The position numbers and the translations under genes were made by a program. The notes under the pieces are model-generated. The model was not told where the DNA came from. It searched no databases and was given only the letters and a program-made list of their open reading frames with translations. DNA of 64,000 bases from Patescibacteria group bacterium (GTDB lineage Bacteria > Patescibacteriota > Patescibacteriia > Buchananbacterales > UBA6539): NCBI GenBank assembly GCA_034003985.1, contig JAVEXP010000002.1, positions 144,789-208,788 of the forward strand. Direction: 5' to 3'. Below are positions 28,801-37,040 of this stretch, one piece after another (within the stretch, counting starts at the first letter, position 1; each line of letters begins with the position of its first letter).

Positions 28801-29241
28801 ATGAAGGTAGTTTTATTGAAAAATGTTGATAATTTGGGTCATGTTGGTGATGTTAAGGAAGTGGCCCTGGGTTATGCCAGGAATTTTTTGATTCCCAAAG
28901 GTTTGGCTACTGAAGCTACTCCCAAAGCCATTGAAGAGGTTGAAACAAACAAAGCCAAGATGGCCAAGCAGGCTGAAGATGATTTGGCTAATGCCGAAAA
29001 GCTGGCTCAAAGGCTTGAAGGTCAGACCGTGGAGATATCGGCCAAGGCATCGGACGAAGGAACATTATACGCGGCTGTATCAGCCGCCAAGGTCGCTTCG
29101 GCGCTTAAGGACAAGGGTTTTGAAGTTAATAAAAATCAGATTAACGCCGGCCATATCAAAGAGATTGGTGAACATGAATTGGTTGTTAATCTTGACCATG
29201 GTTTGGAAGCCAGGATTACTTTAGTCATTAACTCGGAGTAA
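28801..29241 (+). CDS. rplI: 50S ribosomal protein L9
   Basis: MKVVLL..V..LG..GDVKEVA.GYARNFLIPKGLA; alternative start at 28789. Confidence 0.97.
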   Translation: MKVVLLKNVDNLGHVGDVKEVALGYARNFLIPKGLATEATPKAIEEVETNKAKMAKQAEDDLANAEKLAQRLEGQTVEISAKASDEGTLYAAVSAAKVASALKDKGFEVNKNQINAGHIKEIGEHELVVNLDHGLEARITLVINSE

Positions 29242-29275
29242 ATGTATCTAATTTGGTTTGGTTTTAAAATTAAGC

Positions 29276-29298
29276 AGCCCCGTTAACGCGGGGTTTTT
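29276..29298 (+). terminator. intrinsic terminator after rplI
   Basis: agccccg-ttaacg-cggggtt followed by T-run. Confidence 0.7.
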
Positions 29299-29392
29299 AG
29301 CTGATTAATTTTTGGATTACTGGGTTTTGGCGGTTAGTTTCAACTGTTTAGCCGCCAGAACCTAAAATCTAAAATCTAAGATTTAAAAAATT

Positions 29393-31027
29393 ATGGCTAA
29401 GTTTATTTTTGTGATGGGTGGGGTAATGTCCGGCGTTGGTAAAGGCGTTACTTCCGCTTCAATCGGAAAAATTTTACAGTCGCGCGGTTATAAAGTGACG
29501 GCCATCAAAATTGATCCCTACATTAATGTTGATGCCGGTACTATGAATCCGACCGAGCACGGCGAAGTTTTTGTTACTGATGATGGCGATGAAACCGACC
29601 AAGATATCGGTAATTACGAACGGTTTTTAAACACCGATATTCTGCGGGTCAACTATATGACTACGGGTCGGGTTTATCAGTCGGTGATTCAGCGCGAGCG
29701 TAATCTGGAGTATGGTGGTAAATGTGTGGAAGTGGTACCTCATATTCCCGAAGAAGTGATCAGGCGAATCAAGACCGCTACTCAAAAGGCCAAGGCCGAT
29801 ATTACCATCATTGAGGTTGGGGGAACGGTTGGGGAATACCAAAATATTTTGTTTTTGGAAGCTGGCCGGTTGATGCATTACAAGAATCCGCAAGATGTTT
29901 TGTTCGTTTTGGTCAGTTATTTGCCGGTCCCTGGCACTTTGGGCGAGATGAAAACCAAGCCTACTCAGTATGCGGTTAATCAGGTTAACGCTGCCGGCAT
30001 CCAGCCAGATTTTATTATCGCCCGTTCAATTCAGCCGATTGACGAACCGCGACGCAAGAAAATTTCGACTTTTTGCAATGTCGCCAAACAGGATGTTATT
30101 TCCAATCCCGATGTGGAATCAATTTACGACATTCCGTTGATTTTGGAAAAAGAGCACCTGAGCGAAAAAATTCTTTATAAATTGGGCCTGAAGCCGAAAA
30201 AGACCAATATGAATGAATGGCGTAAAATGGTTCAGTCAATCAAGCGCAACAAACAGGTCGTTAAAATTGGGATTGTCGGAAAATATTTTGCTACCGGTGA
30301 TTTCATTTTGCCGGATTCTTATATTTCGGTGATTGAGGCGATTAAACACGGATCTTGGGTTAATAAAGTCAAGCCGGAAATTGATTGGATCAATTCCGAT
30401 GCTTACGAAAAAGACCGCAGTAAGTTGAAAGAATTAAAGAAATATGATGGCATCATTGTTCCCGGCGGCTTTGGTTCTCGGGGCATTGAAGGTAAAATTT
30501 TAGCGATCAAATATGCGCGGGAAAATAATATTCCTTTCCTTGGCCTTTGCTATGGGATGCAGTTGGCTACTATTGAGTTTGCCCGCAATGTCGCTAAATT
30601 AACCGGCGCGGCCAGTACGGAATTCAAACCCAACACCAAACATCCGGTTATTCATATTATGCCCGATCAAGCCAAGAAATTGGCTGAAAAGAACTATGGT
30701 AATACTATGCGTCTTGGCGCTTATCCGGCGATTTTGGACAAAGATTCGGCCAGCGCCAAATTTTATGGTAAGCGCCAGATTAGCGAACGACATCGTCATC
30801 GCTATGAATTCAATAATGATTATCGCGCTCGTTTGATCAAGAAAGGTTTGGTTTTAGCCGGACTTTCGCCGGACAAGACACTGGTGGAGATTATTGAATT
30901 GAAGAATCACCCTTTCTTTGTTGGCACGCAGTTTCACCCGGAATTAAAATCGCGGCCGTTGAATCCTCATCCGTTATTCAAAGGCCTATTGACCGCCGCC
31001 AAGAAAAGATCCCTGGTTAAGAAGTAA
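29393..31027 (+). CDS. pyrG: CTP synthase
   Basis: GGVMSGVGKG, KIDPYINVDAGTM.P.EHGEVFV, KTKPTQ, GLCYGMQ, ERHRHRYE, QFHPE. Confidence 0.98.
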   Translation: MAKFIFVMGGVMSGVGKGVTSASIGKILQSRGYKVTAIKIDPYINVDAGTMNPTEHGEVFVTDDGDETDQDIGNYERFLNTDILRVNYMTTGRVYQSVIQRERNLEYGGKCVEVVPHIPEEVIRRIKTATQKAKADITIIEVGGTVGEYQNILFLEAGRLMHYKNPQDVLFVLVSYLPVPGTLGEMKTKPTQYAVNQVNAAGIQPDFIIARSIQPIDEPRRKKISTFCNVAKQDVISNPDVESIYDIPLILEKEHLSEKILYKLGLKPKKTNMNEWRKMVQSIKRNKQVVKIGIVGKYFATGDFILPDSYISVIEAIKHGSWVNKVKPEIDWINSDAYEKDRSKLKELKKYDGIIVPGGFGSRGIEGKILAIKYARENNIPFLGLCYGMQLATIEFARNVAKLTGAASTEFKPNTKHPVIHIMPDQAKKLAEKNYGNTMRLGAYPAILDKDSASAKFYGKRQISERHRHRYEFNNDYRARLIKKGLVLAGLSPDKTLVEIIELKNHPFFVGTQFHPELKSRPLNPHPLFKGLLTAAKKRSLVKK

Positions 31028-31070
31028 TAAAAAGGTTAATAGCTTCTACTTTTTACGATTTTTATCCTAA

Positions 31071-31125
31071 TAAAAAAACAGGATGTGAACTTAATTATTA
31101 ATTAAGCAGCCGCCCTGTTTTTTTA
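31071..31125. terminator. bidirectional terminator-like inverted repeat between pyrG and rpmA
   Basis: taaaaaaacagg...cctgttttttta arms enclosing a cttaatt/aattaag dyad. Confidence 0.55.
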
Positions 31126-31407
31126 TTATTTTTTGGGGACAATGCTTACAAATTTCGCCCATTCAAGCTTGCCGGTAAATTTCTTTATTTTTTTTCTGGT
31201 GAATTTAACAACCCCGGATTTCAAAGCGTAAAGGGTGTCATCAGCGCCGATTTTGACATTCAATCCCGGTCTGATTTTGGTTCCGCGTTGGCGGAATATG
31301 ATATTGCCAGCCTTTGCCTCTTGGCCATCGTATAATTTGGCGCCCAAGCGTTTGGACTGGGAATCTCGGCCTAAACTTGTGGAACCACCGGCTTTCTTAT
31401 GTGCCAT
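31126..31407 (-). CDS. rpmA: 50S ribosomal protein L27
   Basis: [29 protein letters not shown]. Confidence 0.98.
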   Translation of the reverse strand: MAHKKAGGSTSLGRDSQSKRLGAKLYDGQEAKAGNIIFRQRGTKIRPGLNVKIGADDTLYALKSGVVKFTRKKIKKFTGKLEWAKFVSIVPKK

Positions 31408-31437
31408 GACGGTTATTGATTAAAAATTAACAATATT

Positions 31438-31466
31438 ACTATAAACCATTGGTATTGAATTGTCAA
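31438..31466 (-). promoter_or_regulatory. sigma70 promoter for rpmA
   Basis: minus strand TTGACA-17 bp-TATAGT. Confidence 0.65.
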
Positions 31467-31495
31467 GATTTTTATCCCGAGGTATAATTGCAAAT

Positions 31496-32341
31496 ATGAA
31501 ATTTAAAGCAATTTTGGTTACAATTTTAATGGTTATTTTGACCGTCGGCTGCCAGTCTGATAATCGGGATTTAGTTGAACCGCTCCAAGAAAATTCAACT
31601 TCACTTGTCTCGACTGCTACCCCTGATATAGTTAATTCTCCTGCCGAAAAACCAGTCGTGGCTGATGTATCTGAATCGCCGTCCGAGCTACCGACGCAAT
31701 CTAAGTCCGTTGTCAGTCAACATGAACCAAGTTTATCAACTCCAAAAAATCTTGAATATCAGCTAGCTTTTGTCTCCCAGGCACCCTTTGGGGTGTGGGA
31801 TGAGCTCCATAAAGAAGCTTGCGAAGAAGCTTCGATGATTACGGTGGTCAAGTATTTTAAGTCGGAAATTTTGAATGCCCACACCATGGAGCAGGGCATT
31901 TTGGATCTGGTTAGCTGGGAGAAATCCCAGGGTTATCAAGTCGATCTGACTGCCCAAGAGGTGGTTGATATTTTGAATTCTCATTTTGATTTAGCAGCCG
32001 AATTAATTACCGTTGTTGATGTCTCGGTCGTCAAGGATCAGCTAACTAATGGCAAATTAGTAATCGTGCCGTTGGCTGGTCGGGTTCTTAATAATCCTTA
32101 TTTCCAAAATCCCGGGCCGATTTATCATATGTTAGTCATCAGGGGTTTTGATGACCAAAGCGCTGAATTTATTACTAACGAAGTCGGTACTAGAAGGGGA
32201 GACGGTTTCCGCTATGCTTATGGCCACCTTATTAATTCAATCCACGATTGGGATCATGACCTTGCCAAAGACGGTATGACCGATAACGAGATCAGTGGTA
32301 CCCCCAAGGCGATTATTAGTGTTGGTACTAAAATTGACTAA
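31496..32341 (+). CDS. C39-like peptidase lipoprotein
   Basis: Signal peptide with LTVGC lipobox, S/T/P-rich linker, F.SQAP..W....ACEEAS (Cys), YHMLVIRG (His). Confidence 0.8.
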   Translation: MKFKAILVTILMVILTVGCQSDNRDLVEPLQENSTSLVSTATPDIVNSPAEKPVVADVSESPSELPTQSKSVVSQHEPSLSTPKNLEYQLAFVSQAPFGVWDELHKEACEEASMITVVKYFKSEILNAHTMEQGILDLVSWEKSQGYQVDLTAQEVVDILNSHFDLAAELITVVDVSVVKDQLTNGKLVIVPLAGRVLNNPYFQNPGPIYHMLVIRGFDDQSAEFITNEVGTRRGDGFRYAYGHLINSIHDWDHDLAKDGMTDNEISGTPKAIISVGTKID

Positions 32342-32500
32342 CCAATTTTTTTCTAAAATTTGAGGTTGGTTAAAAAATCCACCTGTCCCAAAGTTGATGA
32401 TGACAATTCTAGTTTGGTATTGGTTATTCAAAAGAAGATATTGCTAAAATTTTACCTTGAAGCGGTGCAGCCCCTCACCAATCGGTGGAGTTTAATTCGG

Positions 32501-32839
32501 TTAATCTATTCCCGGCACAGTTGGTCGATTTGAACCGGTATTTATTCCGAAGGGATTCTTTACTGCCGGCCAGTTAACTAACTGGCTGTTTTTGTCTACT
32601 TTTTGTTCTAATGATTGAAGAGCTTTGTTGAATTTGTCGACATCAACGGTATAGGGCGAAACTTCACTTCGGAGAACAATAATTTGTTGTGATTGAGTGA
32701 TGGTTTGGTAGAAGTCTTTGTAGAGAAACCAACCTAAAAAGGCCAAAACAATGACAAAAGACGCTAAAATGATCATGGCGATGAGCTTGGTCGATAAAAA
32801 TTTTTTGGCGGCGGTATAGGGTATTTTTTTTATCTTCAT
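32501..32839 (-). CDS. hypothetical single-TM protein at the end of the pilMNO operon (PilP position)
   Basis: TM helix, C-terminal KNPF motif resembling PilP RDPF; start ATG 32839. Confidence 0.55.
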   Translation of the reverse strand: MKIKKIPYTAAKKFLSTKLIAMIILASFVIVLAFLGWFLYKDFYQTITQSQQIIVLRSEVSPYTVDVDKFNKALQSLEQKVDKNSQLVNWPAVKNPFGINTGSNRPTVPGID

Positions 32840-32843
32840 ATAA

Positions 32844-33383
32844 TTAATTTGTTTCCTCAATTAATTGTCGGCCGAATACTAAGCCGCTGAAGGTGGCGGT
32901 TATCATCTCCCGGTCGCTGGTTATTCTGAGGTCAGAAATATTGAAATAATATTTTAACATTTGAAGATCATTTAGATAACCCATTACTTGATGGAAATTG
33001 CCGCTGACCGTTATTTTTAATGGAATGTGCTTGATTCCTTTCTTTTCCTCAGTATTTTTGATTTGGAGATCAAGATTTTGTCTGACTCCGTTATTATCGG
33101 CCAAGTCTTCCAAGATTGATACAAATTTTAATTCTTCTCCATCTTTAATGAATATCTCATCCAGAATGTCTTGCTGCGGTTTGATTGCTTCAAAATCGCT
33201 GACCGTCTTTTTTAATAACTGTCCACGAAGGTATTTTTTTTCCAATTCGATTCGTTCTTGATAAATACTGTTGCTGATATTTTTGATGTCGTTAACCGTC
33301 GGAACAATAATAAATAAAATTATGACGGTAATAAATACCAGCACGGCAATCATGGAAATGGTAATTTTTAATTTGAAATTCAT
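32844..33383 (-). CDS. pilO: type IV pilus assembly protein PilO
   Basis: N-terminal TM, coiled coil, PLKITVSGNFHQVMGYL..L motif; gene order pilMNO. Confidence 0.8.
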   Translation of the reverse strand: MNFKLKITISMIAVLVFITVIILFIIVPTVNDIKNISNSIYQERIELEKKYLRGQLLKKTVSDFEAIKPQQDILDEIFIKDGEELKFVSILEDLADNNGVRQNLDLQIKNTEEKKGIKHIPLKITVSGNFHQVMGYLNDLQMLKYYFNISDLRITSDREMITATFSGLVFGRQLIEETN

Positions 33384-33922
33384 AAATTCTTAATTTTGTT
33401 TGTGTCAATTTCCGCGCTAATATCGAAATTGATATTTTCTTTGTTTAGCAGGCTTTCTAGCGGAACATCTACTTTGTCAATGATTTCATAATTTTTAAGA
33501 TTGTTTTCAAATTGCAAAAGATCCTGCCGGCTTTGGGCGAACCCCGCGATTTTGATTGATTGGCCGTCGGCATTTAACCCGATGCTGTAGATGATTATGT
33601 TGTCGGGAATTTTTTCGACCAATTGGGCGATAAAATTGGTCCAAGGTATGTAATTTTTTTGAATTTCACTTACGGCCGACAATTGACTGTTGAATTTTTC
33701 CATTTCCCGGTTTGATATTTTTCCGTATTTTGTAGTTAGGGTGTAATCGGAAACCAGGTTATTGAAGCTATTTTGTAAGATTGCTTTGGCAACAAGCAGA
33801 ATAATAGCTATTGTTACCGTGAATAATAGAAAAACTATGGTTAAATTTTTAATAACAATATAAAACTGACGAAGGGATATTTCTTTTTTTTCCAACGGTG
33901 GTATTAAATTTAGGGCAATCAT
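33380..33922 (-). CDS. pilN: type IV pilus assembly protein PilN
   Basis: LNLIP N-terminus, TM, W..FI..L..IP..I, I.GFA.S; start ATG 33922. Confidence 0.8.
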   Translation of the reverse strand: MIALNLIPPLEKKEISLRQFYIVIKNLTIVFLLFTVTIAIILLVAKAILQNSFNNLVSDYTLTTKYGKISNREMEKFNSQLSAVSEIQKNYIPWTNFIAQLVEKIPDNIIIYSIGLNADGQSIKIAGFAQSRQDLLQFENNLKNYEIIDKVDVPLESLLNKENINFDISAEIDTNKIKNL

Positions 33923-34998
33923 ACAATATCGCCTTTCTGCCAAGCTCGGAGAGCTAGGCCGATGGCCGTGGTATAGGATTTTATTTTTTTGTCATCAAGT
34001 TCTAGTTTTTTATTAATCGCAGTATTGGTCAGCGGGTTGCCAATAGTGGCTGGCAATTTCAGTTTAGTTGACAAAATTTTATCAATATCTAATAAGTTAG
34101 CCCCACCGCCACAGATTATTATTTCCGCAATCGGGTTAGCCTGAGGAAAATTGGACTGATAGTAGGTTATTGATTTTTTAATATGGGTAGTTAAATTATC
34201 AATTGATGACATTAATATTTTTAGGATTGCGCCTTCACATTTTTTTTGATCCAGTCCGCAGACGATTTTGGCCTGATCAGCTTTTTTGTAGTCGATTTTT
34301 AGAGTTTTGGCAATGGTTTCTGAAATTTTATTGCCCGATATCGGTAAGCTAACGGTAAATTGAACCGTGCCCTGATCGTAGACAATTAAACCGCTCCTGG
34401 CGGCCCCAAAATCAATAATCAGCTTGGCAATGTTTTGGCCACTCTTTATTTGTTCTTTTTCGTTGATGATTGATCGAATAATCGCGATTGCTTCAATCTC
34501 TAAAGCCAGTGGTATTAGTCCCGATTTTTTTATCAGTTTTAAATAGCTTTCGGAAATATCTTTCGGAGTGGCCCCGGCCAAAATTTGGGCGCTAGAGCCA
34601 TTTTGTTTTAGGATTTTCCAGTCCAAGTAGATTTCGTCGATAGCCAGGGGGATATGGTTTTGAATTTCGGTTAGAACATCACCATCGGCCAAATCTTTTT
34701 TACCGCCAAGATTGGCGACATTAATCATCTTAACAAAAGTTTTCTGCTCCGGCAGAACGGCGATGACATTTTTAGTGACGATTTTATCGCCCTTGGCTTC
34801 TTTAATCAGTTTATCAATTTTTAGTGAAACCTTTTCTGGCTCAATAATTTCACCGCCATCAATTATCCCTGGTTCAAGTGTTAATTCATTGTACGACGAT
34901 ACTGTCAGGCCGCTGCCTTTCTTTTTAATTTGAACCAACCTTAGCGCGCGATCGCTGATGTCAAGGCCAAAAGCGTTATTGGATAAATCCCAAAGCAT
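33919..34998 (-). CDS. pilM: type IV pilus assembly protein PilM
   Basis: FGLDIS...LRLV, IPL..DEIYLDW, IDFGA, ICGGGA, AIGLALR actin-like motifs. Confidence 0.92.
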   Translation of the reverse strand: MLWDLSNNAFGLDISDRALRLVQIKKKGSGLTVSSYNELTLEPGIIDGGEIIEPEKVSLKIDKLIKEAKGDKIVTKNVIAVLPEQKTFVKMINVANLGGKKDLADGDVLTEIQNHIPLAIDEIYLDWKILKQNGSSAQILAGATPKDISESYLKLIKKSGLIPLALEIEAIAIIRSIINEKEQIKSGQNIAKLIIDFGAARSGLIVYDQGTVQFTVSLPISGNKISETIAKTLKIDYKKADQAKIVCGLDQKKCEGAILKILMSSIDNLTTHIKKSITYYQSNFPQANPIAEIIICGGGANLLDIDKILSTKLKLPATIGNPLTNTAINKKLELDDKKIKSYTTAIGLALRAWQKGDIV

Positions 34999-35003
34999 AT
35001 TAA

Positions 35004-36416
35004 TTAGTATGTTTCATTATCGAATATTTCTTCCCATGATATAAATTGGTATTCGCCGGTTGTCGGAAAAAATGGCGGCGGGGCATACAGGGTGTTAGGG
35101 TCATAAATATAGTTACGATTGTTGTAGCCACTTGATCCGCTGTCCATGTAAGGTGTTAAGTAGCTGATGGTGGTACCGTATAAGGTGAATTGATCCCTGA
35201 CTGTTGTTGAACCGCATTGGAATGTCGAACCATAATCGGGACGATAACGCCGACCATTTTTAGCTATCAAGACCGCGTCAATTTCTAAGTCATTCTCGGA
35301 ATAAAGGCCAATGACGACATTTCGTTGGGCGATCAGACCAATAACATCCAAACCTTCTTTGTCGGTATAAAGCAAATCATTATTAAGGAAAATATCAGCT
35401 GTCCCCGTATCTAGTGGTTCTTTGGCAGCCACTACCGTCACCCGGTTGCCGTTTACCGTCCCGTCTACCCAGGCATTATCTTTGACGAAAATCAGACCAT
35501 TTTCCGGGATAGCAGTCGTAGTCCAGTCGTTTTGATATGAACTTATGCCGCCGGTTTTTTCGCCGTTGCAGTTTCCGGTAGCGCTGGCAACTTTTCGGTA
35601 ACGAAATGTTTCATTGCCCAAGAATTGAATATGGTAACCCTGGTAGCCTGAACTTTCAAGCAGAATGCCATCTGAGTCAGCGTGAGTTTCCATGGTATTC
35701 AGATCCTGAGTAAAACCGGCGAAATCAACTGCCGGTACCGGAAACTCTTTGCCGGCTAGAAAGACGGACTCTTCATTGTATTGGCTGGTCCAAACCCCGT
35801 CGCGCCAGGAGCTGTTATACCAATATTCTTCCAGGGCGCTGCTGACGATATTGTGGGCTACTCCGTCGAATCTGATGCCGCCGTTGGAGTGGACCGGCCC
35901 AAATGTTTCCGATCCTTCACCATAATTCAGGTTGTCATTAACCACAGTAGTATATCTCGCCAATGACGGCCGACCAAGTAAGACGGCGATGTTTCTTTTG
36001 GTTCGGGGATAATTTTTTGCCCAGCCGGTTGATTTTATTTTAACAACAGTGGATCCGGGATAGCTGGGATCGGGCGGGGTGATACTGATTTCAAAATAAC
36101 CAAGCAGTCCGCCACCCGGATCATAATACTCGTGGCGGTACGGCCCGCAAGGGTAACATCCGGTTTCACCGGTGCCATCAGCGTAATCTTCCAAGGCGTG
36201 AGCTAAATGCCAGCGGTAGTAATTGGCGCCCGCTTCGGCAATTTGTAAAGCCAGTGCTTGAGCCTCTCTTTGATTGCTTAATTTTCCCTGTTGATTGACC
36301 AGTCCCATTAAGCCACCGGCGATTACCAAAAATACTGAGGTGAATACTAAAATCGTTATCAGTATACCACCTTTTTGTTCATTTTTCAAAATTTTTGGCA
36401 AGATTTTGATCGCCAT
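35004..36416 (-). CDS. PilX-like minor pilin / pilus-associated protein
   Basis: KGGILITILVF pilin-like N-terminus lacking E5, AL.IAEAG motif, GPVHSNG, YDP.....PPP.FP, SWEE C-terminus. Confidence 0.75.
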   Translation of the reverse strand: MAIKILPKILKNEQKGGILITILVFTSVFLVIAGGLMGLVNQQGKLSNQREAQALALQIAEAGANYYRWHLAHALEDYADGTGETGCYPCGPYRHEYYDPGGGLLGYFEISITPPDPSYPGSTVVKIKSTGWAKNYPRTKRNIAVLLGRPSLARYTTVVNDNLNYGEGSETFGPVHSNGGIRFDGVAHNIVSSALEEYWYNSSWRDGVWTSQYNEESVFLAGKEFPVPAVDFAGFTQDLNTMETHADSDGILLESSGYQGYHIQFLGNETFRYRKVASATGNCNGEKTGGISSYQNDWTTTAIPENGLIFVKDNAWVDGTVNGNRVTVVAAKEPLDTGTADIFLNNDLLYTDKEGLDVIGLIAQRNVVIGLYSENDLEIDAVLIAKNGRRYRPDYGSTFQCGSTTVRDQFTLYGTTISYLTPYMDSGSSGYNNRNYIYDPNTLYAPPPFFPTTGEYQFISWEEIFDNETY

Positions 36417-36418
36417 TG

Positions 36419-37039
36419 CTACAAATTATTTTTAAGATTTCTCAGCTGAGTGTTGGAGATTAGAATAAAATGTTCCGGCGCTTGGCCTGGATCGACATTA
36501 ATTTCCAGAAATATTCTGACCAGTCTGATTTGGTTTACTTCGGCTGGGGTTGGTAGGGGGTTATTCTGGGTGTCGGTTGGGTAGTTGGCATTGTAGTAGT
36601 AGAAAATTGGCGTTGAGCCGTTACGAACATATTCGGAAATAATATTAATGTCTTCAATTCCGTCGTAGACCGGTGGAAAGCCGGATGCTTCGGTAATACC
36701 TCGTTTTAGTTCGCTGCCTTCCAAAAAGTATCTTACTTTTTCAACCGATTCGTCAGCATCAATATCGCTGTAAAATGTCAAGCTTTGGTTCTGGGCGCTG
36801 GCAACGGCATAGCTGCCATTTTCCGATGGCGAAGCCTCTCGCAGCTCTTTAACAATAATATCCATGCCTTTGCGGGCGTTGTTGATTGCTTCGCTTTGTT
36901 CCAGGGCGAAGCGGTTGACTTTAAAATTCTGAACGACAAAACTGGTGGTGAATGTTGTAACCAACAGAAAAATGAAAATTGCAATCAGCATTTCGGTGAT
37001 GGTAAATCCATTTGGTCGTGGTTTTTGTTTAATCTCCAT
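36419..37039 (-). CDS. prepilin (PilW-like minor pilin)
   Basis: GFTITEMLIA type III signal with E5; ELREA; LRN C-terminus. Confidence 0.85.
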   Translation of the reverse strand: MEIKQKPRPNGFTITEMLIAIFIFLLVTTFTTSFVVQNFKVNRFALEQSEAINNARKGMDIIVKELREASPSENGSYAVASAQNQSLTFYSDIDADESVEKVRYFLEGSELKRGITEASGFPPVYDGIEDINIISEYVRNGSTPIFYYYNANYPTDTQNNPLPTPAEVNQIRLVRIFLEINVDPGQAPEHFILISNTQLRNLKNNL

Positions 37040-37040
37040 G

